Below, piece by piece: positions 33,500 through 45,804 of a DNA stretch of 64,000 bases; within the stretch, counting starts at the first letter, position 1, and each line of letters begins with the position of its first letter. Source of the DNA: Octopus vulgaris (taxonomy: Eukaryota); the NCBI GenBank assembly GCA_951406725.2, contig OX597830.1, positions 66,836,001-66,900,000 of the forward strand, written 5' to 3'. Under the pieces are notes generated by a model. The model searched no databases. It saw only the letters and a program-made list of their open reading frames with translations, and was not told the DNA's origin. The position numbers and the translations under genes are program-made.

Positions 33500-33866
33500 A
33501 ATTCCTATTTTAATAGAGCAAAAGGATGCAGTTCTTAATTTCCTTCCCTTTTTTGTTTCTCCTTTTCCATTTACTCTTTCTCTTGTTTGTTCTCATTCTC
33601 CCTTAATTTTTCTGAGAGAGGAGCCGTGTTTGGTTTTGAATCTGAAAGATTGTATTGTGTCTTTGAAAAAACCACTTCATTGCACACAGCCCCGTTTCAC
33701 TCAGCTGTAATTGAATAACCCTGTGACAGACTGACTTTGCATTCAGAAGGAATGTTGCTCTGCCCTCCTTACAAGCAGAGGTGCATCATTTGAAAGTTAC
33801 AACTATACAAGAATGTGCCTTATCACAACATCTGATTATCTGGTGAATATGATGATACGCTGATAT

Positions 33867-33940
<74 letters not shown>

Positions 33941-33945
<5 letters not shown>

Positions 33946-34148
33946 TAATCCAAACAAGAAACAAAAACACAACAACGCAAGGACGTGGAACAAATGAAGT
34001 ATTATTGGACGCTCAGGAAAGAAGGGAAGAAGGAGAGTTTAACGTTTCGAGCGGAGCTCTTCGTCGGAAACATAGGAGAAGGAGAGATCCCGAGAAGGGA
34101 AGACAGGAAAAAAAAAAAAATCGCCAGTGGTACTCACGAGGTCACATA
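33941..34148 (-). mobile_element. Hammerhead-like repeat type 2, second copy
   Basis: The reverse complement of 34037-34071 reads GTTT-CCGACGA-A-GAGC-TCC-GCTC-GAAACGTT-AAAC. Flanked by (TA)n. Confidence 0.65.
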
Positions 34149-34157
34149 TTGAAAGGT

Positions 34158-34205
<48 letters not shown>

Positions 34206-34251
34206 AATGCCAGCATGGAAGTGGACGTTAACAATGATGATGATCATGATG

Positions 34252-34301
<50 letters not shown>

Positions 34302-34304
34302 AGA

Positions 34305-34535
34305 GTGGCAAGCTGGCAGAATCTTTAGCAAACCGGGTGAAATGCTTAGCAGTATTTCATCTGCCGTTACGTTCTGAGTTCAAATTCCACGAAGGTTGAA
34401 TTTGCCTTTCATCCTTTCGGAGTCAATTAAATAAGTACCAGTTATGCACTGGAGTCGATGTGATCGACTTAATCCCTTTGTCTGTCCTAGTTTGCCTTCT
34501 CTGTGTTTATCCCCCTGTGAGCAATAAAGAAATAT
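34305..34535 (+). mobile_element. SINE family B
   Basis: Similarity to 46492-46722. Confidence 0.85.
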
Positions 34536-34614
34536 ATATGTGTATATATATATATATATGTATGTATGTATATATATATATATATACAGGTGAGTTAAGT
34601 TATGTATATATATA

Positions 34615-34647
<33 letters not shown>

Positions 34648-34981
34648 CATCATCATCATCATCATCATCGTTTCGCGTCCGCTTTCCATGCTAGCATGGG
34701 TTGGACGGTTCAACTGGGGTCTGGGAAGCCAGAAGGCTGCACCAGGCCTAGTTTGATCTGGCAATGTTTCTACGGCTGGATGCCCTTCCTAACGCCAACC
34801 ACTCCATGAGTGTAGTGGGTGCTTTTTACGTGCCACTGGCACAGGTGCCAGACGAGTCTGGCAAACGGCCACGATCGGATGGTGCTTTTTATGTGCCACC
34901 AGTATGAGGCCAGTCGGGGCGGCGCTGGCAACGGCCACGAATGGATGGTGGTGCCAGACGAGTCTGGTAAACGTCTGGCAC

Positions 34982-34983
<2 letters not shown>
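34648..34983 (-). mobile_element. RTE 3'-end fragment
   Basis: (CAT)n tail and gtgctttttacgtgccac units. Confidence 0.85.
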
Positions 34984-35012
<29 letters not shown>

Positions 35013-35017
<5 letters not shown>

Positions 35018-35355
35018 GTTGAACAAAATAATGGAAACACCTAGCATCATAGCATCATTATTTTGACATATCTATAAAACTGTCAAAAGCTTGTTTACTT
35101 TTATGTTTTTTTTTTATTTATTATTAGTTGCTTAATATATTTTGCTAAAATTGTTGTTTCTTTACAGATATCATCAGAAAAAGGTAATTAAAATTCATTA
35201 AAATGACAGATCAGAGAGGTCAAATTGTTGGTGCTGATATGGCAGGTGCTAGCGCAATGAATACAGAAGAAATGTTTGGTGTACCAAGAAGTATTGTCTC
35301 GAAAGAAATGACAGCCTTTGAGAAAGAGGGAAAAACCTCCTCGTCGAAACAAAAC
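35013..35355 (+). mobile_element. Tc1-like transposon left end with N-terminal transposase fragment
   Basis: TA-taggggttgaacaaaataatggaaacacc TIR-like start; QRGQIVGA.MAGAS...EMFGV.RS.VSK.MTAFEKEGKTSS (HTH region). Confidence 0.8.
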
Positions 35356-35383
35356 ATATATATATATATATGTATGTATGTAA

Positions 35384-35856
35384 CACCATCCGAGCATGGC
35401 CGTTCGCCAGCCTCGTCTGGCACCTGTGTTGGTGGCACATAAAAAGCACCCACTACACTCATGGAGTGGTTGGCGTTAGGAAGGGCATCCAGCTGTAGAA
35501 ACACTGCCAGATCTGACTGGCCTGGTGCAGCCTTCGAGCTTCCCAGACCCCAGTTGAACCATCCAACCCATGCTAGCATGGAAAGTGGACGTTAAACGAT
35601 GATGATGATGATGATGATGTATGTATGTGTGTGTATATGTTTGTGTGTCTATGTTTGTCCCCCCAACATCGCTTGACAACCGATGCTGGTGTGTTTACAT
35701 CCCTGTAACTTAGCGGTTCGGCAACGAAGACTGGCAGAGTAAGTGCTAGGCTTTACAAAGAATAAGTCCTGGGGTCGATTTGCTCGACTAAAGGCGGTGC
35801 TCCAGCATGGCCACAGTCACATGACTGAAACAAGTAAAAGAGTAAAGAGTAAAGAG
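35384..35856 (+). mobile_element. RTE 3' fragment (35384-35619) followed by 3' half of SINE A
   Basis: Similarity to the other copies. Confidence 0.8.
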
Positions 35857-37385
35857 AGAGAGAGAGAGAAAGAGAGAGAGTACATTTGACCAAATAATTT
35901 GTATGCTACAGGGTTAAATAAAGTCTTTTGCATCACCTCAGATCTTCCCTTAGTCTTTTTCCAATGGTTATCTCATTAGAAACACGTAACCAAATTGTAA
36001 ATATATCATGAATAAATAAATGTTTGGTCAGTTACCTAATACTTTATCAACTCAATCAACACACTCTCGTGATGCTCATTAATACATCAGTAGAAAATTG
36101 GTGGCTTAATTAAAAGAACATTTTAACAGGAAATAGAAGAATCTTAGGAAATATGCTGACGAAGTCATCTCTTGTTACATATAGATGCAGCATGTGGAAA
36201 AGATCATTCAATAGCTTCCTCATGCACAACGTTGACGGACAATTAGCAGAAATAAAAGGTCTATGAAAAATAGATCCAATTTTTTCAGTATGTAATGTCT
36301 TTCATGAAATTAAATATTCATAGGAATATGGTGAAAATATAGATTTTATTTAAGCTCATCAAACTCCCACGTCTAATAAAACTAAGGCATTTTAAAATAT
36401 GCTGTCAATGAAAACAACTATTTTTATATTCCCTGACATAGCATTACCATGAATAAATTATGAAGGTTTTATTGGCACTAAACTTTCTTGTCAAATTAAG
36501 ATTCTTGGAGGAGAGCCAAGAGTTCTATTAAATTGTGTAAAGAGGAATTTGGTTACTTGGGCCTCAAGGGAAAGTAACACAATAAACAAACAAAAGAAAA
36601 TCCCAAAAATGTTAGGAATACATGGAAAAATCTATAGAAATACCAATAAAAGCTAAATAAATTGACATTTATGATGAAAAGGATGGAACTGAAAACAATG
36701 CTAAGCAATAAGTCATTTCTGGTATCTTACATCAGATAAAATCTTGCTAGATTTCCCAGTCTACTTTCTAATGATTTAGTTGTTCTCAAAATCTTGATTA
36801 GTAGTATTTGGTAGAGTAATCACTAACACGTCATCAGGCAATAAATCTTTGTCAATGCAGTTTCATGCTACGATGATGCCTAGAATTCAGGAGATTCAAA
36901 GATAAGAGAACATCTACAGCTAACACTGTACCATTAATAAATATGAAGATATCTCATAATATTATCTTAGTTATACCCATCTTCTACTTAAATATCAAAT
37001 CTAATATTGCTAAAAACATTTGAGCCTTAATAAATATACATTTCTCAATTAACCAATTATGGAAAATTATTGAATAGAAATAACCTTAAACAGAGTTACA
37101 GCTGTATCACCATTACGGAAAATATAACAAGCCAATCAACTAAATTAGCTGAAGTTAATTGCACTTGCAACAACACAAGTGCATGTCTCCACTGATCAGT
37201 CAATAACAGAAAAATCATTTAACAGAAATAACCATGAAATTAATGACAGCTGTAACACAAATGTGAATAACACAACAAACAAATCAAGGAAATCGATTGA
37301 GGTTCACTGAACTTGTAAAAGTACAATTTGATGTTACCTTAATCAGTAAACCCTCAAGAAATCCCTTTCTCACTCATGACTTGTG

Positions 37386-37828
37386 ACTCTTTACTCTTTT
37401 ACTCTTTTACTCTTTTACTTGTTTCAGTCATTTGACTGCGGCCATGCTGGAGCACTGCCTTTAGTCGAGCAAATCGACCCCGGGACTTATTCTTTGTAAG
37501 CCCAGTACTTATTCTATCGGTCTCTTTTGCTGAACCACTCAGTTACGGGGATGTACTTATTCTATCCATCTCTTTTTGCTGAACCGCTAAGTGACGGGGA
37601 CGTAAACACACCAGCATCGGTTGTCAAGCGATGTTGGGGGGGACAAACACAGACACACATATACATAGGACAGGCTTCTTTCAGTTTCCATCTACCAAAT
37701 CTACTCACAAGGCATTGGTCGGCCCGGGGCTATAGCAGAAGACACTTGCCCAAGATGCCACACAGTGGGACTGAACCCGGCACCATGTGGTTGGTTAGCA
37801 AGCTACTTACCACACAGCCACTCCTGCG
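37386..37828 (-). mobile_element. SINE family A with ~49-bp internal duplication
   Basis: (ctctttta)n tail; gtacttattctatc...gaacc repeated at ~37506 and ~37553. Confidence 0.85.
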
Positions 37829-38648
37829 ACTGTTTAAGATAAACATCAACTGCATCGATTTCACCTGCTTTAGGGGACCTGTGAAGGGTCTGGAAACTGC
37901 TCCTTTCTTCAGACAGATTTACTGTGTAAAAAATATTTAAATCGCATTTAAGATATGTTGATTAATATTGATTCACTGCTAAAAGAAAAGAAAATAACTA
38001 CGATGTAGCTTTTATGCTAAAAATAAAGTGACAAGATACAAATTAGAATACTATCAGCTAAATTGTCCAGTTCTTATTAATTGAACCATTCATACTCTTC
38101 TGCGACCAAAACAAACAAATTAATGTGTTGCAAAACATTTTGCTATTGCCAAGATAAACAGAAAATTGGCAACAGAATCTGTTTTATGCTAAGTATCCAT
38201 ATAGTTTACAAGCTTCAAATGCAGATGTCATACAAATTAATTAATGGCTGTATTAAGTCTAGCCACTTACATGGTGGTGGGAAAAGAAAGATTTCACACG
38301 TTGTTTTTCATACATCAAAACAACTTCTGAGTCAAAGCTCAGTCTGCTAGAAATAACAGCCAAAATATCCTTCAAGTTATACTCTGTTGTTTTAAAGGGG
38401 TGCCAAAGACATGATGATGATGATCATCATCAGCATCATCATTGTCTTCATCGTCATCATCATCGTCATCGTCATCGTCATCGTCGTCGTCGTTGTAATC
38501 ATCATCATTTAAGATCCATGACGAATGCAGTTATGGGTTGGATGGTTTGACAGGACCTACCGGGCTCAAGGTCTGCCTTGTACTCCAGTGTCTATTTTGG
38601 CATGGCTTCTATGGTTGGATGCCCTTGATAATGCCAACCACTTTACAT

Positions 38649-38965
38649 GTGGAGGCATATGGCCTAGTGGTTAGAGCAGCGGACTCACGGTCGAGGGATC
38701 GCGGGTTCCAATCTCAGACTGGGTAATGTGTGTGTTTACGAGCAAAACACCTAAAATCCACACAGCTCTGGCAGAAGGTAATGGCAAACATCTGCTGACT
38801 CTTTTGCCACAAATTCTCTCACTCTTTCCTCCTGCATCTTGCAGCTCACCTGCGATGGACCGGCGTCCCGTCCAGGTGGGGAACCTATATGCCAAGAAAC
38901 CGGGTAACCGGCCCTTATGAGCCAGGAATGGCTCGAGAAGGAACAAACAAAAAACAACAACAACC
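38649..38965 (+). mobile_element. SINE family D, inserted next to a diverged RTE tail (38410-38645, -)
   Basis: gtggaggcatatggcctagtggttagagcagcggac ... ggctcgagaaggaacaaac. Confidence 0.85.
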
Positions 38966-39339
38966 ACTTAACAACATGTACTGGGAGCATTTTTCTCATA
39001 CAGGTAACACTTAATTGGTTACCATGGAGTTCACAAAACTACAAGTTGCAAAGGAGGCAGTTTTACATAAAGAGTAGAGAGGAGTAAAGTATGAGTGAAA
39101 AAAAGGCCAGAACAGAACAGGTTTCATGGCTACGCATATTTTATAAGATAGAGTTGGGGTGATCGAGTGGAGCTGGAAAAGGATAATAATAAAAGAGTAA
39201 TTTCTCCTTGAAAATAATTACTGGATCACTGACTCAGGAATGAAATTTGCATAGGGAGTGCAAACCCAGGTCCAAAATATTTTGCAGACAAGGTCTAGCT
39301 GTTTTTCTTTTCCTTATTTTTGTTCTTTGTTCTTTGTTC

Positions 39340-39736
39340 CTGATGCCAGTGCCTCCTTAACTGGCTTCTGTGCTGGTTGCACGTAAAACGCACCAACCGA
39401 TCATGGCCATTGCCGGCCTATCCTGGCACCTAAAAAGCACCATCCATATGTGGCCGATGCAAGCACCGCCTACTGGCTTCCGTGTCGGTTGCACGTAAAA
39501 AGCACCAACCGATTGTGGCTGTTGCCAGTCTCCCCTGGCACCTGTGCCAGTGGCACGTAAAAAGCACCCACTACACTCATGGAGTGGTTGGCGTTAGGAA
39601 GGTCATCCAGCTGTAGAAACACTGCCAGATCAGATTGGAGCCTGGTGCAGCCTCCTGGCTTCCCAGACCCCGGTCAAACCGTCCAACCCATGCTAGCATG
39701 GAGAACGGACGTTAAACGATGATGATGATGATGATG
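39340..39736 (+). mobile_element. RTE 3' fragment with about 4 tandem UTR units
   Basis: gcacgtaaaaagcacc units and (gat)n tail. Confidence 0.85.
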
Positions 39737-39777
39737 TTCTTTGAGAAGAAACCTAACTTGAAGCTACTTTTTACAGA

Positions 39778-40179
39778 TCACATTTTACACACTGTTTCTG
39801 AAACCTGAGAAAAGTAACTAGGGGTACAAATTTTGATTTTGCATCTGCACCAAAATTTTAGGAGGTGAGCTTGCCTCCTGCACTTGCATCTCTTGCACTC
39901 TCTGTTCCCAGGCCCAGGTGCAACATAAAAGTTAGAAAAGAGATTAGCAGGGTTTTTTGTTGTTGTTCTCATTGTTGCTTCATATGGTGTCTCTCTGACA
40001 TTCAGATAAACCTTTGAGATCATTTTGATGTATGCCTTGGCACTACCATTACGATTTGTTCCATATGTCCATATTTCCAAAGCAGTGCTGGATTGATCAT
40101 CAAACAAAAACAAGCATGTGTTTAGGACATCAAGGGAAGGAAAGGACACCACAGAAATAGTAAATGGTTTACTGTACAA
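39778..40179 (-). pseudogene. Possible degraded piggyBac-like transposase C-terminus (133-codon open frame)
   Basis: VVSFPSLDVLNTCLFLF resembles the PGBD FF.xLD...NA.IL motif. About 80 aa later comes RECKRC...KFWCRCKIKICTPSYF, a cysteine-rich-domain-like stretch. Eyeball similarity only. Confidence 0.3.
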
Positions 40180-40415
40180 AAGAAATCACTTTAAACTTGC
40201 TAAAATAATATTCAAAGAGGTTTATATGATTGGAAATATAATTTCAAAGTGTACATAGTGAGGATTTGATCAAAGAGTAGGAGAAAATTTTTTCAAATAT
40301 GTATAAATTAGAAGTGTACAAGAATAAACATTGTTTTCTATCTTACTCTTAGTCTTGTTTCATTTTGAAAAATAAAAATTTATTTTATGGTTTATTGTTG
40401 TTTATATTTTGAATT

Positions 40416-40547
40416 AGGAGTGGCTGTGTGGTAAGTAGCTTGCTTACCAACCACATGGTTCTGAGTGGTACCTTGGGCAAGTGTCTTCTACTATAGCCTC
40501 GGACCAACCAAAGCCTTGTGAGTGGATTTGGTAGACAGAAGCCTGTC

Positions 40548-40593
<46 letters not shown>

Positions 40594-40656
40594 ATATGTT
40601 TGTGTGTCTGTGTTTACGTCCCCGTAACTTAGCGGTTCGGCAAAAGAGACTGATAG
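40416..40656 (+). mobile_element. SINE family A (partial)
   Basis: aggagtggctgtgtggtaagtagc head. Confidence 0.8.
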
Positions 40657-41119
40657 ACTCAGACTCAGTAGTGTAGAGGATGAGGGATAAAGGTAGCCTA
40701 CTCCAGTTGATGCTTTTATAGGGGAAGAACTTTGGGGTTTGCTGTATAAGCCTGTATTGTGTTGGGGGTCTAGTGGGGGGAAACAGGGGCAGCAAATTCA
40801 AGGGCTGCCCTGTGCAGTACATTCTCTGTCTAACACCACTGGACATGCTAAGCACATAAAGGATTTGTGATAACTTTATCAATGCAGATTAGCTGCTATT
40901 CTTTAATAGCGCGAGTACTGTAGGACTACTGGATCAGTTCTGACCCAGGGTTATACAACAATAACTACAAGTTTGCTGTAGGGTGGCGAGATAATTGCTG
41001 ACCTGAGGCAACCCAACAACAACTGTGTGCCATAGGACGGGTGGATTTCAGTCAAGGGCTACACAACAACTACCCGTGTGTCATCAGTTTGCAGGATCAA
41101 AATTGATCAAGGTCTACAC

Positions 41120-41646
41120 CAGTAATTCTCAATCCCTTTTTTGCTTATGGATCCCTTCAATTACTATCCTACTTTACTGGACCCTCATACCCATTCAACA
41201 TTTTTTTAAAATCCTATCATATTTTTATAATTAAATATTATTAGGAATTATTCTTTTACTTGTTTCAGTCATTTGACTGTGGCTATGCTGGAGCACCACC
41301 TTAAAGTGGTTTTAGTCAAAGAAATCGACCCTAGACAAATGCAGACATACGCACACACACAAATATATACATATACATGTATATATACGACGGGCTTCTT
41401 TCAGTGTCCATCTACCAAACCCTCTCACAAGGCTCTGGTCAGTCCAAAGTTATAGTAGAAGACACTTGCCCAAGGTGTCACGCAATGGGACTGAACCCGG
41501 AACCATGTGGTTGGAAAGTAAGCTTTTTATCACACATAAAAAAAAAGTTTAATATTTTGTGCATTATAGAAGTAAGACCAATTTCAAGTACATAAAAACT
41601 TACGTGGGCCCCTAAGGATCATTTGAACCCTGGCTGAGAACCATTG
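41120..41646. mobile_element. hAT(Charlie)-like MITE with nested SINE A (41252-41535, -)
   Basis: Termini CAGTAATTCTCAA / CTGAGAACCATTG; perfect 8-bp TSD GTCTACAC (41112-41119, 41647-41654). Confidence 0.8.
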
Positions 41647-41802
41647 GTCTACACAATAACAACTACATGTGTCCCATATGTCTACTAGATTAGGGATCCC
41701 TAGGGGCCACACAACCACAGCCACCTAATTACTTTGGAAAGGCTGCTCAAAAAACTGATTTATTTAACAAAGTATAAGACTGCGTTTTGTTCAAGTAGTT
41801 AA

Positions 41803-42024
41803 CCCTTTTGTTAGCATATTTCTGTTAAGATGCTCTGTGTTTTTTTCACTTAATTTTAAATATGACAAAGAATTTGATAAACTAACATAGTTATCATTAA
41901 GCTAGTGTTAGTAACATAAATTGTGACTAAGGTTTGGTAGAAGATTTTAATTCAGAATGTATGGAAACAAGACATCTGTACTAAAGAGCCAGAGCCGGTT
42001 TCAGCCAGATTGGTATCAAATGGG
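41803..42024. mobile_element. piggyBac-like MITE (14322 family)
   Basis: TTAA|CCCTTTTG ... TGGG|TTAA with the shared body. Confidence 0.8.
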
Positions 42025-42410
42025 TTAAATAGGGTCAGAATGTAAGGGACTCTTTTGACAAAATAGTTGAATGGATAAGATATTGAACTACAAGCAGCAA
42101 ACGGGGCAAGAGAGAGAGCCTATATCTGGATGCTTGATCTGCTAGAAATGACCATCAAATGTGCCTAAAAACTAATAGTACGACTAATTGAGAAAAAATT
42201 AGTACTGCATATTAATTTCTTACTAGAATATAACTAGAAGTACGTAGTACTATTTAGACTCTCATAAAAAACAAAAACAAAGATATTGAACTACCAGTAG
42301 CAAACGGGACAAGAGAGACCCTATTACTTGATCGACTGGAAATAATCACCAGATGTTTCTTTCTGACATGTACTATATCAGAAAGAAATAGTACTACCTA
42401 CTAATTCCTT

Positions 42411-42714
42411 GTGGAGGCACATGGCCGAGTGGTTAGAGCAGCGGACTCGCGGTCGAGGGATCGCGGGTTCGTATCTCAGACCGGACGATGTGTGTGTTTA
42501 TGAGCGAAACACCTAAACTCCACGTGGCTCCGACAGAAGGTAATGGCGAAACTTCTGCTGACTCTTTCGTTACAACTTTCTCTCACTCTTTCCTTCTGCA
42601 TCTTGCAGCTCACCTGTGACCGACCGGTGTCCCGTCCAGGTGGGGAACCTATACGCCAAGGAAACCGGGAAACCGGCCCTTATGAGCCAGGCATGGCTCG
42701 AGAAGGAACAAACA
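42411..42714 (+). mobile_element. SINE family D, full length
   Basis: A box TGGCCGAGTGG, B box GGTTCGTATC, 11-bp TSD actaattcctt. Confidence 0.9.
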
Positions 42715-42747
42715 ACTAATTCCTTTTTAGAATATAATGAAAACTAA

Positions 42748-42981
42748 GGCGATCTTTCGTCTCTAGTAAGACCTTTCCGTCGATTTCTGTAAAAAAAAAA
42801 TTTTTTTTTACATATGGGCTTGCGGGTACTTTTGAAGTAATATACATACATATACACATACACCGAGTAAAAAATTTCAGTTATCTCTCTCTTTCACACA
42901 TTACTCTCTCTGTCTCTTCACACACACTAACAGAAGCACTTCACTTACACAACATACTGTCTGTCTCCTACACCCCATCAA

Positions 42982-43012
<31 letters not shown>

Positions 43013-43172
43013 TCAATGCTTCACATGCACGGTAACTTCAAAAGAACTTCCCTCGTCATAAAATCTCTTTCGCTCTCATTACTTCAAAAGTTCCCGCAAG
43101 CCCATATGTAAAAAAAAAAAAAAAAATTTAACGGAAATCGACGGAAAGGTCTACTAGAGACGAAAGATTGCC
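42748..43172. mobile_element. Mutator (MULE)-like MITE, 425 bp
   Basis: ~90-bp TIRs (GGCGATCTTTCGTCTCTAGT...CATATGGGCTTGCGGG..CTTTTGAAGTAA and complement); perfect 9-bp TSD GAAAACTAA. Confidence 0.85.
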
Positions 43173-43600
43173 GAAAACTAACAGTACAACATTCACCCTC
43201 GGAAAAAGAAAAAAAAAAAAGAGATAGCTGGGTTAAGCCGGCAACTCCTTTGAGTAGTAGTAAGTACTATTCTGAGATTTCCTCAATATACGTCTGGTGG
43301 AGAGATGTAGCGGGAATAAAGGACATTGCTGTCTTTTTTTGATGATGAAAGTTGAGAGCATCACCGATTCGTGAATTTTTTTCCTTCCCGAAATACTTAT
43401 CTTCGTCAAACTTAAGAAATTAATTACGCAAAACTCAATTTTAATGCAGTTTGTGAGGAATTACCTCCCTTCATTCGTGTATCTCGCTCTGTCCGGATCA
43501 CAGATGATTTAGTGATGTCGCGCGTGTGTGTATGTGTATTGCTTTATATGTTTTAGGAAAATTGAATGTATTGTAAATGCAATTTATATATATAAATTCA

Positions 43601-43965
43601 GTCCCGGGTTCAGTCCCACTGCGTGGCATCTTGGACAAGTGTCTTCTGCTATAGCCCCGGGCCGACCAATGCTTTGTGAGTGGATTTGGTAGACGGAAAC
43701 TGAAAGAAGCCTGTCGTATATATATATACATATATATATGTATGTGTGTATATGTTTGTGTGTCTGTGTTTGTCCCCCTAGCATTGCTTGACAACCGATG
43801 CTGGTGTGTTTGCGTTCCCGTCACTTAGCGGTTCGGCGGGGGAGACCGATAGAGTACTGGGCTTACAAAGAATAAGTCCCGGGGTCGATTTGCTCGACTA
43901 AAGGCGGTGCTCCAGCATGGCGACAGTCAAATGACTGAAACAAGTAAAAGAGTAAAGAGTAAAGA

Positions 43966-43967
<2 letters not shown>
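43601..43967 (+). mobile_element. SINE family A (5'-truncated)
   Basis: Similarity to other copies; (agagta)n tail. Confidence 0.85.
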
Positions 43968-44002
<35 letters not shown>

Positions 44003-44199
44003 TGTATGTATATGTATGAGCGGTGAAAACAGGAATGTATTAATGTGTACAAAAAAACAAGGTATCTGCGTTAGAATTGTAATGTATGTGTGTGCGAGTG
44101 TGTGTGTGTGCGTAAATGTTATTGAAAGATCCCAATGTGTTTGAGGATGTGTTAAGCAAGAGCGTGTGTTTGTGTGTGTAGACAGGAGAGTCAGTGCAT

Positions 44200-44264
44200 T
44201 AGAGAGAGAGAGAGAGAGAGGAGGAGAGGGAATGTGTGATGTAGTGAAAGAGAAAGTAATATAT

Positions 44265-44296
<32 letters not shown>

Positions 44297-44835
44297 GGAG
44301 AAATAGTATAAGGGAGAAAGAGAGAGAGAGAGAGGAAAAAAGAGTATAAGGGAGAGAGAGAGTGGGAGAAAGAGAAGAATAAGAGAGAGAGACAGAGAGA
44401 CATAGGGGAGAGAGGGAATATGTGATGTAGTGAAAGAGAAAGTAATATATATATAGAGAGAAAGAGTATAAGGGAGAGAGAGAGAGGGAGAAAGAGTATA
44501 AGGGAGAGAGAGAGAGTGGGAGAAAGAGAATAAGAATAAGAGACAGATAGACAGACAGACAGAGGGGAGAGAGGGAATGTGTGATGTAGTGAAAGAGAAA
44601 GTAATGCGCAAAGTGAGAGAGTGAGAGAAAGAAAGAAAGAGAGATAGAGACAGAGAGACAGAGGAGAGAAAGGGATTGTGTGGTGTGATATAGTGAAAGA
44701 GAAATTAACGGGCAAAGAGAGAGAGTGAGAGAGAGAAAGACACACAGACAGACAGACAAAGGAATAGGGAATGTTTGATGTGGTGAAACGGAAAGTAATA
44801 CAGAGGGAGAAAGAGAGAGAGAGAGAGAGAGAGAA
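44200..44835 (+). repeat. GA-rich degenerate minisatellite
   Basis: gggaatgtgtgatgtagtgaaagagaaagtaat anchor about 5 times, separated by (GA)n tracts. Confidence 0.85.
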
Positions 44836-45029
44836 ATAGATAGATAGATATATACATAAGGAGAGGGCTGTGAAAAATGGATTATGTAACAGTTGTCATA
44901 TAAAGTATTGAAACATCTGGAGATTAAAAAACTCTGTGGTAGAATAAAAGAGTATCATGAGTGGTAGGGAGTACTCTACTATTTGGAGTACTGTGACAGT
45001 CTGTACCATACTTACTGGTTATCTTGTCC

Positions 45030-45245
45030 TTGTATCAGTCATTGGATAGCAGCCATGCTGGAGCACAAACCTTGAATGGTTTACTTGAACCGATTGGTCC
45101 CCAGTACTTGGATGTTGAGTCAAGTACTTATTCTATCGGTCTATTTTGCTGACCCCTAACCCTAAGTTATGAGGATGTAAACAAACCATCTCTGGTTGTT
45201 AAGTGGTGGAGTGGGGAACAAACACATAGATACGCAAACACATTC
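45030..45245 (-). mobile_element. Old SINE A-related fragment
   Basis: gccatgctggagcac...agtacttattctatcggtct...gtaaacaaacc. Confidence 0.6.
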
Positions 45246-45348
45246 ATATACACAAATATATAAAAATGTGTGTAGTCCACACACACACACACACACATAC
45301 TGTGTTTCAAATTATTAACGATGTAACATTTTTATCATTTTATTCGGA

Positions 45349-45804
45349 ACCATCCGAACATGGCTGTTGCCAGCACCGCATTGACTGGCCTCCGTGCCGG
45401 TGGCACGTAAAAAGCACCATCCGATCGTGGCCGTTTGCCAGCCTCGCCTCTTCTCCATGCCAGTGGCACGTAAAAGGCACCATCCGATCGTCGCTGTTGT
45501 CAGCCTCGCCTGGCCTCCATGCCAGTGGCACGTAAAAAGCACCATCGATCGTGGCTGTTGCCAGCCTCGCCAGTGGCACGTAAAAAGCACCATCCGATCG
45601 TGGCCGTTTGCCAGCCTCATCTGGCACCTGTGCCGGTGGCACGTAAAAAGCACCCACTACACTCATGGAGTGGTTGGCGTTAGGAAGGGCATCCAGCTGT
45701 AGAAACACTGCCAGATCAGACTGGGCCTGGTGCAGCCTTCTGGTTTCCCAGACCCCAGTTGAACCGTCCAACTCATGCTAGCATGGAAAGCAGACATTAA
45801 ACGA
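45349..45804 (+). mobile_element. RTE 3' fragment with 5 tandem UTR units
   Basis: gtggcacgtaaaa(a/g)gcacc at ~45400, 45463, 45525, 45573 and 45636. Confidence 0.85.

Noticed and set aside
40666-40841. Possible MITE with CAGTAGTGTAG / CTAACACCACTG ends
   Set aside because: The TIR is short and imperfect, with no TSD and no second copy in the window.
45399-45660. CRISPR-like array of gtggcacgtaaaaagcacc repeats
   Set aside because: The spacers resemble each other, the array is part of the RTE 3' UTR, the DNA is eukaryotic and there are no cas genes.
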